Below are positions 7,782 through 15,452 of a stretch of DNA of 26,393 bases, in pieces. The notes beneath the pieces were generated by a model that was not told the origin of the DNA, did no database searches, and worked only from the letters and a program-made list of their open reading frames with translations. The translations under genes were made by a program, and so were the position numbers. Origin of the DNA: a virus (lineage: Duplodnaviria > Caudoviricetes); IMG/VR virus record IMGVR_UViG_3300034150_000019, positions 1-26,393 of that record. The stretch is one strand, 5' to 3'. Within the stretch, counting starts at the first letter, position 1. Each line of letters starts with the position of its first letter.

Positions 7782-8132
7782 TTACTCGCTCTCGGGAGCG
7801 ACCGACTCGTTCTCCAGGAAGACGACACCCTTCGTGCCCTTCTTCTCGTTCGCACCCTGCGAACTGATCTGGATCTTGTCGACGCCCTTCGGAGCGTTCT
7901 TCCCGTCACGCGCACCCTTGAGGGCCGTGGAGACGCTGGACGCCTTCTTGCCAGCGAACGGGCCACGATCCATGGGGATACGGTGATACCGCTGATTCGA
8001 GTCACGGACGTACTCCAGCACCTGAGTGTAGATGCCGTGACGCAGTGCGCCACCGCCGCCCGTCTCGTTCCACTCGTCCTGCGACAGAGTCTCGGTGAAA
8101 CCCAGACCTGTCTCGACTTCAGTGACCGTCAT
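7782..8132 (-). CDS. Hypothetical protein, Lys/Gly-rich, possibly DNA-binding
   Basis: RBS AAGGGAGAG before ATG 8132; strongly G/C-ending codons suggest high expression. Confidence 0.8.
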   Translation of the reverse strand: MTVTEVETGLGFTETLSQDEWNETGGGGALRHGIYTQVLEYVRDSNQRYHRIPMDRGPFAGKKASSVSTALKGARDGKNAPKGVDKIQISSQGANEKKGTKGVVFLENESVAPESE

Positions 8133-8172
8133 GGTCTCTCCTTCTGTAGTGCTTGTTGATGGTGACTTACGT

Positions 8173-8646
8173 CTACGAGGCAAGACTGTTTCCTCCCTCA
8201 GTGTTCCGTGTCTCAAGCTCGTCTAGCCTTTGCCTCATCTCGGCTAGCTGCTGCTCGACACTTGTTATCCAGCGTGCAAGATCGACGTTCGGCAACCTCC
8301 TGTTCGTAGCTTCGACTGCACCACGGAGTGTATCGAGATTCTTACTCGATGTCAAACGCTTGCGCTTGTACGTGTAGGTATAGGTCTCAAGATCAGGAAG
8401 GTGATTCAGTACAATCTCTCCTGGCCTGATCCCCACACCCTTGCGCACACGAGTGATACATCCCATGGATACAAGTATGCCGGGAAGACGTGACTTGTAT
8501 ACACCCGAGATGTTCATCGACTGCACTACGTTCGTGATCGAACCGATAAACACGTTGTCCGTAGCTTGCTCACTCAACAAAGTATACAGCGTTGTCAAGT
8601 GCTCAAACTCACGTGTGACTGGCAAGTCCACCACTTCGCTAGCCAT
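8173..8646 (-). CDS. Hypothetical protein, possible winged-helix N-domain plus C-terminal coiled coil
   Basis: ILVSMGCITRVRKG..RPGEIVL resembles the end of a wHTH; VEQQLAEMRQRLDELE coiled coil. Confidence 0.7.
   Translation of the reverse strand: MASEVVDLPVTREFEHLTTLYTLLSEQATDNVFIGSITNVVQSMNISGVYKSRLPGILVSMGCITRVRKGVGIRPGEIVLNHLPDLETYTYTYKRKRLTSSKNLDTLRGAVEATNRRLPNVDLARWITSVEQQLAEMRQRLDELETRNTEGGNSLAS
8581..8601 (-). promoter_or_regulatory. Short-spacer element CACTTGACA-N6-TATACT (intragenic)
   Basis: Minus strand CACTTGACA ACGCTG TATACT. Confidence 0.5.
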
Positions 8647-8869
8647 GCTTGATCTCGTACCAACTCTCGCAAACCACGTCTGCCTCCTCCATCCTGATGC
8701 GCAGCTTCAGCACACCATTGGGGACATCTCCTTTGATCAGGAGGTATAGCATGGCATTATCGCATATGAACTCTGCACTCGTGATACGAGGTTCACGTGG
8801 TCTGACTAAGGCCATTCGATTGGCCTCTTCACTACCGAAGTTGATCACGTCCTTATGGTAATTACCCAT
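8639..8869 (-). CDS. Hypothetical protein
   Basis: RBS AAGGAGG before ATG 8869. Confidence 0.7.
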   Translation of the reverse strand: MGNYHKDVINFGSEEANRMALVRPREPRITSAEFICDNAMLYLLIKGDVPNGVLKLRIRMEEADVVCESWYEIKHG

Positions 8870-9161
8870 CTGTATCCTCCTTGTCCGCCCCCAAGAGAAA
8901 GCAGTCACGACACACGTATCTATCCTCCGTGATCTCGAATACTGATCGGACAGGATACTTGTCTCTGTACTCTTTCTGCTCTGGATTCAGCGTTCGCTGC
9001 ACTTCCTCATGTGCCGACACAGTACAGAATCCATTGCGCGTCGGCAGTGTGAACCACACTGTGCGCGTTCGGGGTTCAGTCGCGATTGTCTTACTTGCAC
9101 GTGGGATCTGCGCCTTGCGAAACTCATCCTCGCTCATTGACTCGATACCGAAGTCACTCAT
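8862..9161 (-). CDS. Zinc-binding hypothetical protein (C..H / CRDC)
   Basis: Start MSDFG at 9161 via ATGA overlap; GFCTVSAH and VCRDC. Confidence 0.7.
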   Translation of the reverse strand: MSDFGIESMSEDEFRKAQIPRASKTIATEPRTRTVWFTLPTRNGFCTVSAHEEVQRTLNPEQKEYRDKYPVRSVFEITEDRYVCRDCFLLGADKEDTDG

Positions 9162-9283
9162 GACATCACACTGAGGACGATACCTACCCCCATACATAGA
9201 AGTGCAAACGCACACAGGAGTGAGAGGTTCCATTCTCGTCCTCCGTCACTCTGCCTTACGAGGGGCACGATTGCCATCGTCAT
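9158..9283 (-). CDS. Small membrane protein
   Basis: RBS AAGGGAG; hydrophobic LSLLCAFALLCMGVGIVLSVMS. Confidence 0.55.
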   Translation of the reverse strand: MTMAIVPLVRQSDGGREWNLSLLCAFALLCMGVGIVLSVMS

Positions 9284-9566
9284 CACTCCCTTCGAATGTG
9301 AAATCGAGGATGTCCTTGACGGGCACGTACCCCATAGGCACGAAACCCTGACCATCATCACGGTTGATACGAATCGAATCGACACGCTCGTTCGTAATCT
9401 TTGTCATACGAGAGAAGCCGTAGGTGATTCGATACTTGATCCCACCAAGTACAACTTCCCTCTTGCGCCCCTTGTACGCACGCTGCAACTGACTCATCGC
9501 AATCGGACTGAGGAAGTTCCGATCAGGATCGGTATCGAATACGGAGGCGATCTTGTTTACCTTCAT
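9246..9566 (-). CDS. Hypothetical protein
   Basis: 106 aa, TGATG coupling, RBS GAGGA. Confidence 0.75.
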   Translation of the reverse strand: MKVNKIASVFDTDPDRNFLSPIAMSQLQRAYKGRKREVVLGGIKYRITYGFSRMTKITNERVDSIRINRDDGQGFVPMGYVPVKDILDFTFEGSDDDGNRAPRKAE

Positions 9567-9811
9567 CAGTTCCTCTTCCTCAGGCTTGTCTCGATACGTA
9601 GCTCCGACGAATCCAGTCTCTTCGATGAGACACGCATGTGCCGGACTCTACGTTGATTCGCTGTGTACGGATTCTCGATTCGTTCTTCGATATCGATGTC
9701 GATGAGATGGCGATACTCACCCCGACTCTCGTCCTCTAGGATCTCAAGCTCGATGAACGAATCTCCATACTGATTAGTCCGTGCGTTCACGACGTTCACA
9801 CTCAGTGCCAT
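9566..9811 (-). CDS. Hypothetical protein
   Basis: 81 aa, RBS AAGGGG. Confidence 0.75.
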   Translation of the reverse strand: MALSVNVVNARTNQYGDSFIELEILEDESRGEYRHLIDIDIEERIENPYTANQRRVRHMRVSSKRLDSSELRIETSLRKRN

Positions 9812-9812
9812 G

Positions 9813-10283
9813 TCACCCCTTCAGAAGCGTTTCGTCACAGATGTACTCCACTACCTCTTCGACACGCGCGGCCGTGGTATACGTGTGTGCAGGATGCACG
9901 ATAGTCTCGCCCGTCTTGACTGCGGTACACGCAACCTCACGGCCAACACGCACTGACAGCTTTACGTTCTCGCTCAATCGCTTCACGCACTTGAAGCTGT
10001 ATTCCGAGTACTGCTTGTCCTTACGACCCCGACCCATCGCACGAACGATGGACTTGAGCTTGCTCTTGCTCTTCTCGGGATCAATCTCCTGCTCCCACGG
10101 CTGTGCGCCTTCCTTGATGGACTTGCGCCACACCTGAGAATCCAACTGCACTTCGATACCGTAGTCGGGGAGCGGTAGCCCCGACTGCGCTTCGTAGAGA
10201 TCAGCGAGGGCACGCAGCCCACTAATAAACTCTGCACGATCAAGTGCAGCGCGTGCAGTATCACCCAACGTCACTGTCGACAC
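9813..10283 (-). CDS. Hypothetical phage protein (FISGLRALADLYE motif)
   Basis: RBS AAAGGAG before GTG 10283. Confidence 0.8.
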   Translation of the reverse strand: MSTVTLGDTARAALDRAEFISGLRALADLYEAQSGLPLPDYGIEVQLDSQVWRKSIKEGAQPWEQEIDPEKSKSKLKSIVRAMGRGRKDKQYSEYSFKCVKRLSENVKLSVRVGREVACTAVKTGETIVHPAHTYTTAARVEEVVEYICDETLLKG

Positions 10284-10310
10284 AGTCTCTCCTTTGTTCG
10301 AAAACTTGTG

Positions 10311-10361
10311 GGTGGGGGATGGCCCCATGCGCCCTGGTGACGGCGATTACCATCCCCCACC
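10311..10361 (-). other. 12-bp perfect stem-loop downstream of the DUF932 gene (processing/stabiliser or terminator)
   Basis: GGTGGGGGATGG / CCATCCCCCACC; no clear U-tract. Confidence 0.6.
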
Positions 10362-10382
10362 CTGTGACAAGCGAACCGGCAG

Positions 10383-11387
10383 CTAGCTCGTCACGCTTGC
10401 GAGAACCTCAAGCACGAGGGCATCGTCGTTGCCCTGCTTGCCCGTCACGAGGTTCTCCATGTTCCTGACCACACGAGGGACACCCTTCTTCACGGTCTTG
10501 AAGTGCTGATCCCATGTGTTGTACGTCTGTGCCACACCGAAGGCAGTGTTCTTCCACGGTGCGCAGCGATTGTCGAAGTTGTACAGATTGACAATCTCGG
10601 CCCGCTTGTTCTCGGCCTTCGTGATACCGACCTTCGCCATCTCGTCGTTGATCGGGATCATGACCTGCATGTGCTTCAGGAACTCATCGTCACTGACCTT
10701 CCACGAAGTGAGCTTCGCGACCTCGGCCGAGAAGTCATCCGCCATGGAGTGCACAATCTGGAGAGCCTGACGCGCATCGTGAATCTTGTAACCACTGTGC
10801 TTGGTATGCCGAAGCTTGAACTCCTGTCCATCCTCAGACCGTGCCTGCTCAGCGGTGTTGTCGCAGACCACTCGCGTAACCACACGCTTATACGTGGTGG
10901 CAAGCGAGCCATCGAACGATGTGCATGCGAGCAAGTTCGGGCGGAACTCCACACCCTCAGGCGTGGTGATGTTCGCGGGAACCTCGACCGAAACCCACGC
11001 CTGTCCACCACCGCGCAGAAGTCCAGCCGAACCAACACCAAGCTCATCATCGAGGATGGTTGCCACGTTCTCAAGCAGCCACTCCTGATACTGATGACCC
11101 TGGTACCCACCCTTGAAGACACCAAGCACGGCTCCCGTATCGGAGCGCACCATTGCCTTGCGATGGTCGATCTGCACGAACTCACCATTCAGCTTCACGT
11201 ACACGGGCGAGTCCTCCACCCTGAAGTTGAACAGTCTGCGCAGCACATCCTCGACCGGAATCGCGAACTCGTAGTGGTTCGACTCGATACCCTGAAGCGA
11301 CTGCCGGTAATGCCATGCATTACCACGCTCGGCAGTGTAGCCCACGAGGGTCATCGTGTTGAGCCACTGATCGGTCTCGCGTGACAT
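10383..11387 (-). CDS. DUF932 family phage/plasmid-like protein
   Basis: AWH, SAGLLRGG.QAW, LLACTSFDGS, RVVCDNT, RHT, TAFGVAQ motifs; RBS AAGGGAGGT before ATG 11387. Confidence 0.9.
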   Translation of the reverse strand: MSRETDQWLNTMTLVGYTAERGNAWHYRQSLQGIESNHYEFAIPVEDVLRRLFNFRVEDSPVYVKLNGEFVQIDHRKAMVRSDTGAVLGVFKGGYQGHQYQEWLLENVATILDDELGVGSAGLLRGGGQAWVSVEVPANITTPEGVEFRPNLLACTSFDGSLATTYKRVVTRVVCDNTAEQARSEDGQEFKLRHTKHSGYKIHDARQALQIVHSMADDFSAEVAKLTSWKVSDDEFLKHMQVMIPINDEMAKVGITKAENKRAEIVNLYNFDNRCAPWKNTAFGVAQTYNTWDQHFKTVKKGVPRVVRNMENLVTGKQGNDDALVLEVLASVTS

Positions 11388-11418
11388 CCTACCTCCCTTG
11401 GTAGTTGTGGTTGTACCC

Positions 11419-11439
11419 ATTGTACAACGCTGTCAAGTG
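11419..11439 (-). promoter_or_regulatory. Short-spacer element CACTTGACA-N6-TACAAT
   Basis: Minus strand CACTTGACA GCGTTG TACAAT, 32 bp upstream of the DUF932 ATG. Confidence 0.6.
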
Positions 11440-11716
11440 ACCGCTTTGTTCACGCCAGGCGGTCAGTCTGCCGCCGAATCCCTCGCCTCATCGGTGACGG
11501 GAGTCGTCACGGCACCCAATAGTGTGTACACACGTAGTTTTCCGTGAAAGCATCGACTCCATGAGCGCATCGCCGTTCGTCAGGAGTTTGCATCGTGCCT
11601 ACCCCCGTCGGGGCGGGTAACAGTCCAGTGACTCCCAATCACGCGACCTCGGGTTCCGGTTCGTCCGAGTACTAAAGCGATACGCTCATGCAGTCGATGT
11701 TTGTTCCCGTCACTGA
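11438..11716 (-). ncRNA. Putative structured non-coding RNA, about 230-280 nt
   Basis: No ORF; own promoter-like element; nested inverted repeats 11491-11502/11704-11715 and 11551-11573/11677-11699 plus internal hairpins. Confidence 0.6.
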
Positions 11717-11720
11717 CTGC

Positions 11721-11742
11721 ATTATACACCATCTGTCAAGTG
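11721..11742 (-). promoter_or_regulatory. Short-spacer element CACTTGACA-N7-TATAAT
   Basis: Minus strand CACTTGACA GATGGTG TATAAT; both hexamers are perfect consensus. Confidence 0.6.
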
Positions 11743-11743
11743 C

Positions 11744-11968
11744 TTAGCTCGGCCTACTATGCGCAATCTCTGCGTCGACAACTTCCACGGAGACCACGCT
11801 GCTACGTGCTATCAGTACCATCCCGAACTTGGGGCCGAGATCGAACTGGAATTTCACCTGAGTCTTGTGCCAGCCCATGTACGTACCAACAAACATTTGT
11901 TGACGGTCTCTACCTGTCAAACTGTAGGTCACTCGGTACTTTGTACCGACTACCAACTCTCCCTCCAT
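11744..11968 (-). CDS. Small beta-rich (SH3-like?) hypothetical protein
   Basis: 74 aa, TAATG coupling. Confidence 0.7.
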   Translation of the reverse strand: MEGELVVGTKYRVTYSLTGRDRQQMFVGTYMGWHKTQVKFQFDLGPKFGMVLIARSSVVSVEVVDAEIAHSRPS

Positions 11969-12042
11969 TATCTCTCACTCCCTGTTATCGCGAGGAACAC
12001 ACCGAACAGAATCAGTATGAGGATCACGATCCCGAAACTCAT
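11968..12042 (-). CDS. 24-aa membrane peptide MSFGIVILILILFGVFLAITGSER
   Basis: Hand-translated; ATGA and TAATG overlaps on both sides. Confidence 0.55.
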   Translation of the reverse strand: MSFGIVILILILFGVFLAITGSER

Positions 12043-12344
12043 TGGCTTAGAGCTTCGACCCACTCGTGGGTTAGTTGGTCGTACTCATCGTAATTCCAAA
12101 GGTCGTCAACCCACTGATATGCGGTGAACCCATACCGCACTGTCGCTTTCATGTCTAGGCCGAGCCTGTCACGACCCACTGTGTATCCGTTCGAGTACTG
12201 CCCTGTCTCACGTGCAAACTCCTGACCAAGCACACAGAGTGAGCAGGAATTCATGTCGAGCTTGCCTAGATCGATATGCTCCCGCCACCCCGGACGCTCC
12301 GTGTCCAGAAGTTCCATGCCACGTGCGATCTCCTGTTCGAACAT
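12039..12344 (-). CDS. Conserved-type actinophage hypothetical protein (IARGMELLD..RPGW...LDM....CVLGQ)
   Basis: 101 aa, RBS GGAGGAAGG. Confidence 0.8.
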   Translation of the reverse strand: MFEQEIARGMELLDTERPGWREHIDLGKLDMNSCSLCVLGQEFARETGQYSNGYTVGRDRLGLDMKATVRYGFTAYQWVDDLWNYDEYDQLTHEWVEALSQ

Positions 12345-12577
12345 TATCCTTCCTCCGTCGACGTTGCCAAATCAGGTGCGTTGTATCCGTACACGAATGG
12401 GTGAAAGTACATGTCCTTTGCTTCGGCCCTCGTGACGGGCTTCCACGTGGTAAGGCCCACAGAGTCGTGGATCTGAACCTCAAGGTGCCTACCCCGTGTG
12501 TGAAGTTCGACACGAATTCCCGGCCATCCGAGTAGCGGTCGGCTACTCAGTAGGGTTGGGATCTCCATCACGCTCAT
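12344..12577 (-). CDS. Hypothetical protein (MYFHPFVY motif)
   Basis: 77 aa, coupled to the downstream gene. Confidence 0.7.
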   Translation of the reverse strand: MSVMEIPTLLSSRPLLGWPGIRVELHTRGRHLEVQIHDSVGLTTWKPVTRAEAKDMYFHPFVYGYNAPDLATSTEEG

Positions 12578-12785
12578 TGATGATCAACTCCACGGCTTTG
12601 TTGACTGCGTTCTGTATGTCGATGTCGACATACCCATCGATACCTCTGCAATGCACGCGGACTGTGCGCCCGGCTGCGCAGATGTCGCCCTTGACTGGCG
12701 AGTCGAAGGTTGCGATTACTGGCCCGAGTAGAAGCGACTCTGTCTTGGGGGAATGCAGAAGTTGTACAGTTGTCCACTCGATCAT
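12543..12785 (-). CDS. Hypothetical protein
   Basis: Start MIEW at 12785 via ATGA overlap, RBS GGAG. Confidence 0.6.
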   Translation of the reverse strand: MIEWTTVQLLHSPKTESLLLGPVIATFDSPVKGDICAAGRTVRVHCRGIDGYVDIDIQNAVNKAVELIINERDGDPNPTE

Positions 12786-12982
12786 GACTCCACTTCCTTC
12801 TCGATCTTGAGTCCGACCATGAAGTCCGGATTCGTGATACGCCAACGCTCCCCACTCTTGGTCTCTACAAGTACGCTCGCCTCGGAAATTCCCACGTAGG
12901 AGAGATTGTCCGTGTTGCGAAATTCATCCGTGATAGCGGCACGATGCATGTGCCATGTACGTAGGATTCCTAGGTCGATCAC
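12782..12982 (-). CDS. Hypothetical protein
   Basis: 66 aa, GTGA overlap, RBS GGGGGT. Confidence 0.65.
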   Translation of the reverse strand: MIDLGILRTWHMHRAAITDEFRNTDNLSYVGISEASVLVETKSGERWRITNPDFMVGLKIEKEVES

Positions 12983-13308
12983 GATGCACCCCCGATGTAG
13001 TGGTACTCACGATGTCTGACAATCTCGTCTTCGTGGTGATCATACAGTGTGATCCAGACTTCCTGCAAGTAAGTGTCCTTGGAGTCTTCGTACCTCACAC
13101 GCTTCTCGAAAACCCACCCGATTGCACGTACCCCGTCGGCCGTGTCGATGTACACCTTTCCACTGCATCGACCGTACTCTTTGGACATTCCGCGAAAGAT
13201 TTCACCGATCGTCGGCTCATCCCCGAAATACGTGTAGCGGAAGTCTTCGACATGGCTGTAGATGTGGTAGTTCTCAGTGCGGTTTATGAATTCCTCGCCG
13301 TACTTCAT
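12979..13308 (-). CDS. Hypothetical phage protein (EYGRCSGKVYID...IGWVFEKR..YED...YLQEVWITL)
   Basis: ATGA overlap at 13305-13308. Confidence 0.8.
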   Translation of the reverse strand: MKYGEEFINRTENYHIYSHVEDFRYTYFGDEPTIGEIFRGMSKEYGRCSGKVYIDTADGVRAIGWVFEKRVRYEDSKDTYLQEVWITLYDHHEDEIVRHREYHYIGGAS

Positions 13309-13925
13309 GCTGCCCACATTCGAGAAGTCTCATCCCACACGTAGCCCCACTCACCCATGTTGGCATCGTGCGGATCATCACACTTGCACGATCCGTCTGC
13401 CCTGTAGTGATCGGGCGTGAAGATCACGTGTGGACACGCAGTGATCATGCTCTGCTGCATACGAACTGAGGTAGTTCCTCCGATACTCGCATCGACATCT
13501 TCGTACTCACCCCACGAGCAAGTACACGTATCCTTCATGAACATGGGGTACATTAGGCTCCCCACGTTACGGTATGCAGTCGCAGGGAAGTCGAGCTCGA
13601 AAGCCTCGCTACCCCTGTAGTCGCTGATCGCGCTCTTGATCCTCGCATCCGCATCTCGTGCAAAGACCGCCCGCATGAAGTCACGGTGTCCATGCCAGCA
13701 TACAGCGGCGACTCTCCGATTATTCTGGTAAGTCGATGCAGACACTCTCTGGTACTTGTAGCCTGAATCGCGCTTCGGGATATCCGAATTCAGTGCGAGC
13801 CGAAAGTTCCACGCTCGCCCATTCTTGCAAATACCGCTTCCGGCGTAGTCAGAATGAATCTTGACTCCGACGCTAGCGGCGATATCGCGAAGCTCGTCAG
13901 GCGTGAGGGTAGTCCATACCTTCAC
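13305..13925 (-). CDS. Hypothetical protein, probably two metal-binding modules
   Basis: AVCWHGHRDF and CTC; C-terminal CPH....HY..DGSCKC; RBS AGGGAGG. Confidence 0.8.
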   Translation of the reverse strand: MKVWTTLTPDELRDIAASVGVKIHSDYAGSGICKNGRAWNFRLALNSDIPKRDSGYKYQRVSASTYQNNRRVAAVCWHGHRDFMRAVFARDADARIKSAISDYRGSEAFELDFPATAYRNVGSLMYPMFMKDTCTCSWGEYEDVDASIGGTTSVRMQQSMITACPHVIFTPDHYRADGSCKCDDPHDANMGEWGYVWDETSRMWAA

Positions 13926-13953
13926 GTTATTCCTCCCTGGTCATCCAGTCGCA

Positions 13954-14091
13954 TCACGACAGCACCTCGATCACAAACGCGGTTGCGTTTAGGAACGCCT
14001 GAACAAGCAAGGCGGCATACAGCCAGAGGGGAACCTGGACATCCTTGCTCACCCAGCGCCATGCTAACTTTGCTTCATCGAGAGTAATCAT
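13954..14091 (-). CDS. 45-aa membrane protein (MITLDEAKLAWRWVSKDVQVPLWLYAALLVQAFLNATAFVIEVLS)
   Basis: Hand-translated; RBS AAAGGGGGTG. Confidence 0.6.
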   Translation of the reverse strand: MITLDEAKLAWRWVSKDVQVPLWLYAALLVQAFLNATAFVIEVLS

Positions 14092-14118
14092 CGCACCCCC
14101 TTTGTGAAGTTATACAAA

Positions 14119-14409
14119 CTACACCACCTTGATATCTAGCGTAATGCTAGGCCCTTCCACGTCGCGGCGGTTGTACGTCTTGCCACGGCCACCCTCGGCC
14201 ACGTACATCTCACCGATCTTGGACGGCTTCCATCCTAGTGCGGCGAGCTGATCGGCGTTGAGGTACTGAGTAAACGGATCCCCCAAGACACCGGATGCCC
14301 TCGGAGTTGCGGCCAGGAAGTCTGTCGGATCTACGGGAGCCTGAGTTGACTCCTCATCGAACCGGACAGTGTTCGTGGTTGCATAGCTCGGATTGAGTAC
14401 GATCTTCAT
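14119..14409 (-). CDS. Hypothetical protein
   Basis: RBS AAAGGGGGTGA before ATG 14409; long structured leader upstream. Confidence 0.8.
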   Translation of the reverse strand: MKIVLNPSYATTNTVRFDEESTQAPVDPTDFLAATPRASGVLGDPFTQYLNADQLAALGWKPSKIGEMYVAEGGRGKTYNRRDVEGPSITLDIKVV

Positions 14410-14594
14410 GTGATTCACCCCCTTTCCGGTTTTCGAAGTTCAAATTCGGCTCACGGTGATCCCTGCAAGTTTGGTCGCACCCGAAGTTTTGGACACATCG
14501 GGGGTCTGTAGGATCAAAGTTGTGCTAACTGCACGACCGTCGTAAGACATCGAATGCCGCGACCCCGTGAGCACTACATTACCCCCGTAGGGGT

Positions 14595-14615
14595 ATTGTA
14601 CTGCCCTGTCAAGTG
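14595..14615 (-). promoter_or_regulatory. Short-spacer element CACTTGACA-N6-TACAAT
   Basis: Minus strand CACTTGACA GGGCAG TACAAT at the head of the long leftward operon. Confidence 0.6.
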
Positions 14616-14869
14616 GTCGATAAACGGGCTAACACGTTGTCGACGTTGAAAATAAGTCCGTTTTCACGAAAATTGTAAAATTTGCTGACATGTCACAGGC
14701 ACTTTCTATAGTATACATAACTATGTCATATATACTATTAGGTATTAGTGGGTGCGAGTGTTCTAACATTTGGGATCACTCTAAAGCACCCACTTATACC
14801 CTGTAGTATTCGCTGCATGCGTTAGGTATAGCAGCATAACTCGGGGGGTTGAGTCGTGTAAGGTGAGCC

Positions 14870-15112
14870 TTACACGAACCAGGCGGGCCTAAAACCTACA
14901 GTTCCGTACTTTCGTGTCTGCTTACCAGACAACGATTGTGCGTGCGTGATACAAGCTCGCTTGACCTTGTGAGTCGAGATCACCTTGACAATCGCGACGG
15001 GTTTGTCGCAACCTTTGACGCAGCAACGCTCCAGGCGCACCCGATTCACCAACACTGTGTTCGGTGTTGGGCCTGTCACGCGCTTGGCTTTCATGACGGG
15101 GTTCCCCCGCAT
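14870..15112 (-). CDS. Small zinc-finger protein (CCVKGC...ACITH)
   Basis: 80 aa, RBS AAGGAG. Confidence 0.75.
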   Translation of the reverse strand: MRGNPVMKAKRVTGPTPNTVLVNRVRLERCCVKGCDKPVAIVKVISTHKVKRACITHAQSLSGKQTRKYGTVGFRPAWFV

Positions 15113-15137
15113 GGTCTCTCCTTGCCTCGTTGTACAT

Positions 15138-15155
15138 ATTATACAACGCTGTCAA
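15138..15155 (-). promoter_or_regulatory. Short-spacer element TTGACA-N6-TATAAT
   Basis: Minus strand TTGACA GCGTTG TATAAT, 26 bp upstream of ATG 15112. Confidence 0.6.
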
Positions 15156-15182
15156 ATATCGCGAAATCGATACCGCGATACT

Positions 15183-15272
15183 CTAGTACCAGTTCCGGAT
15201 AATCCGGAGATTACGACGGATACGACGATTTGAGACGTTGTACCCGAGCCACACAAGACAACGTTCGTACAT
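15183..15272 (-). CDS. 29-aa basic peptide MYERCLVWLGYNVSNRRIRRNLRIIRNWY
   Basis: Hand-translated; RBS AAGGGAGG; promoter-like element upstream. Confidence 0.5.
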   Translation of the reverse strand: MYERCLVWLGYNVSNRRIRRNLRIIRNWY

Positions 15273-15316
15273 TCGGCGCCTCCCTTCGATAGCTTCGCTC
15301 TCAACTAACACTTGGA

Positions 15317-15334
15317 ATGGTACGACGTCGTCAA
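15317..15334 (-). promoter_or_regulatory. Variant short-spacer element TTGACG-N6-TACCAT
   Basis: Minus strand TTGACG ACGTCG TACCAT. Confidence 0.45.
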
Positions 15335-15375
15335 ATCGGCATGCATGCAGGGATTGCGCGAGACTTGCGTCGACC

Positions 15376-15396
15376 CACTTGACAGCGTAGTATCAT
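15376..15396 (+). promoter_or_regulatory. Short-spacer element CACTTGACA-N6-TATCAT (rightward)
   Basis: CACTTGACA GCGTAG TATCAT upstream of ORF 15453; orientation flips with gene orientation. Confidence 0.55.
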
Positions 15397-15452
15397 TACA
15401 GTTGAATACCGATTGCGCCTCGCGTGAGGCGCACGACGGAAAGGGGTAGAAC

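Noticed and set aside
10503-11384. 293-aa plus-strand ORF
   Set aside because: Antisense shadow of the DUF932 gene caused by codon bias; no RBS or recognisable motif.
11438-11716. tRNA, tmRNA or retron msr-msd assignment for the structured RNA
   Set aside because: No T-loop/CCA cloverleaf or tag ORF seen, and no adjacent reverse transcriptase.
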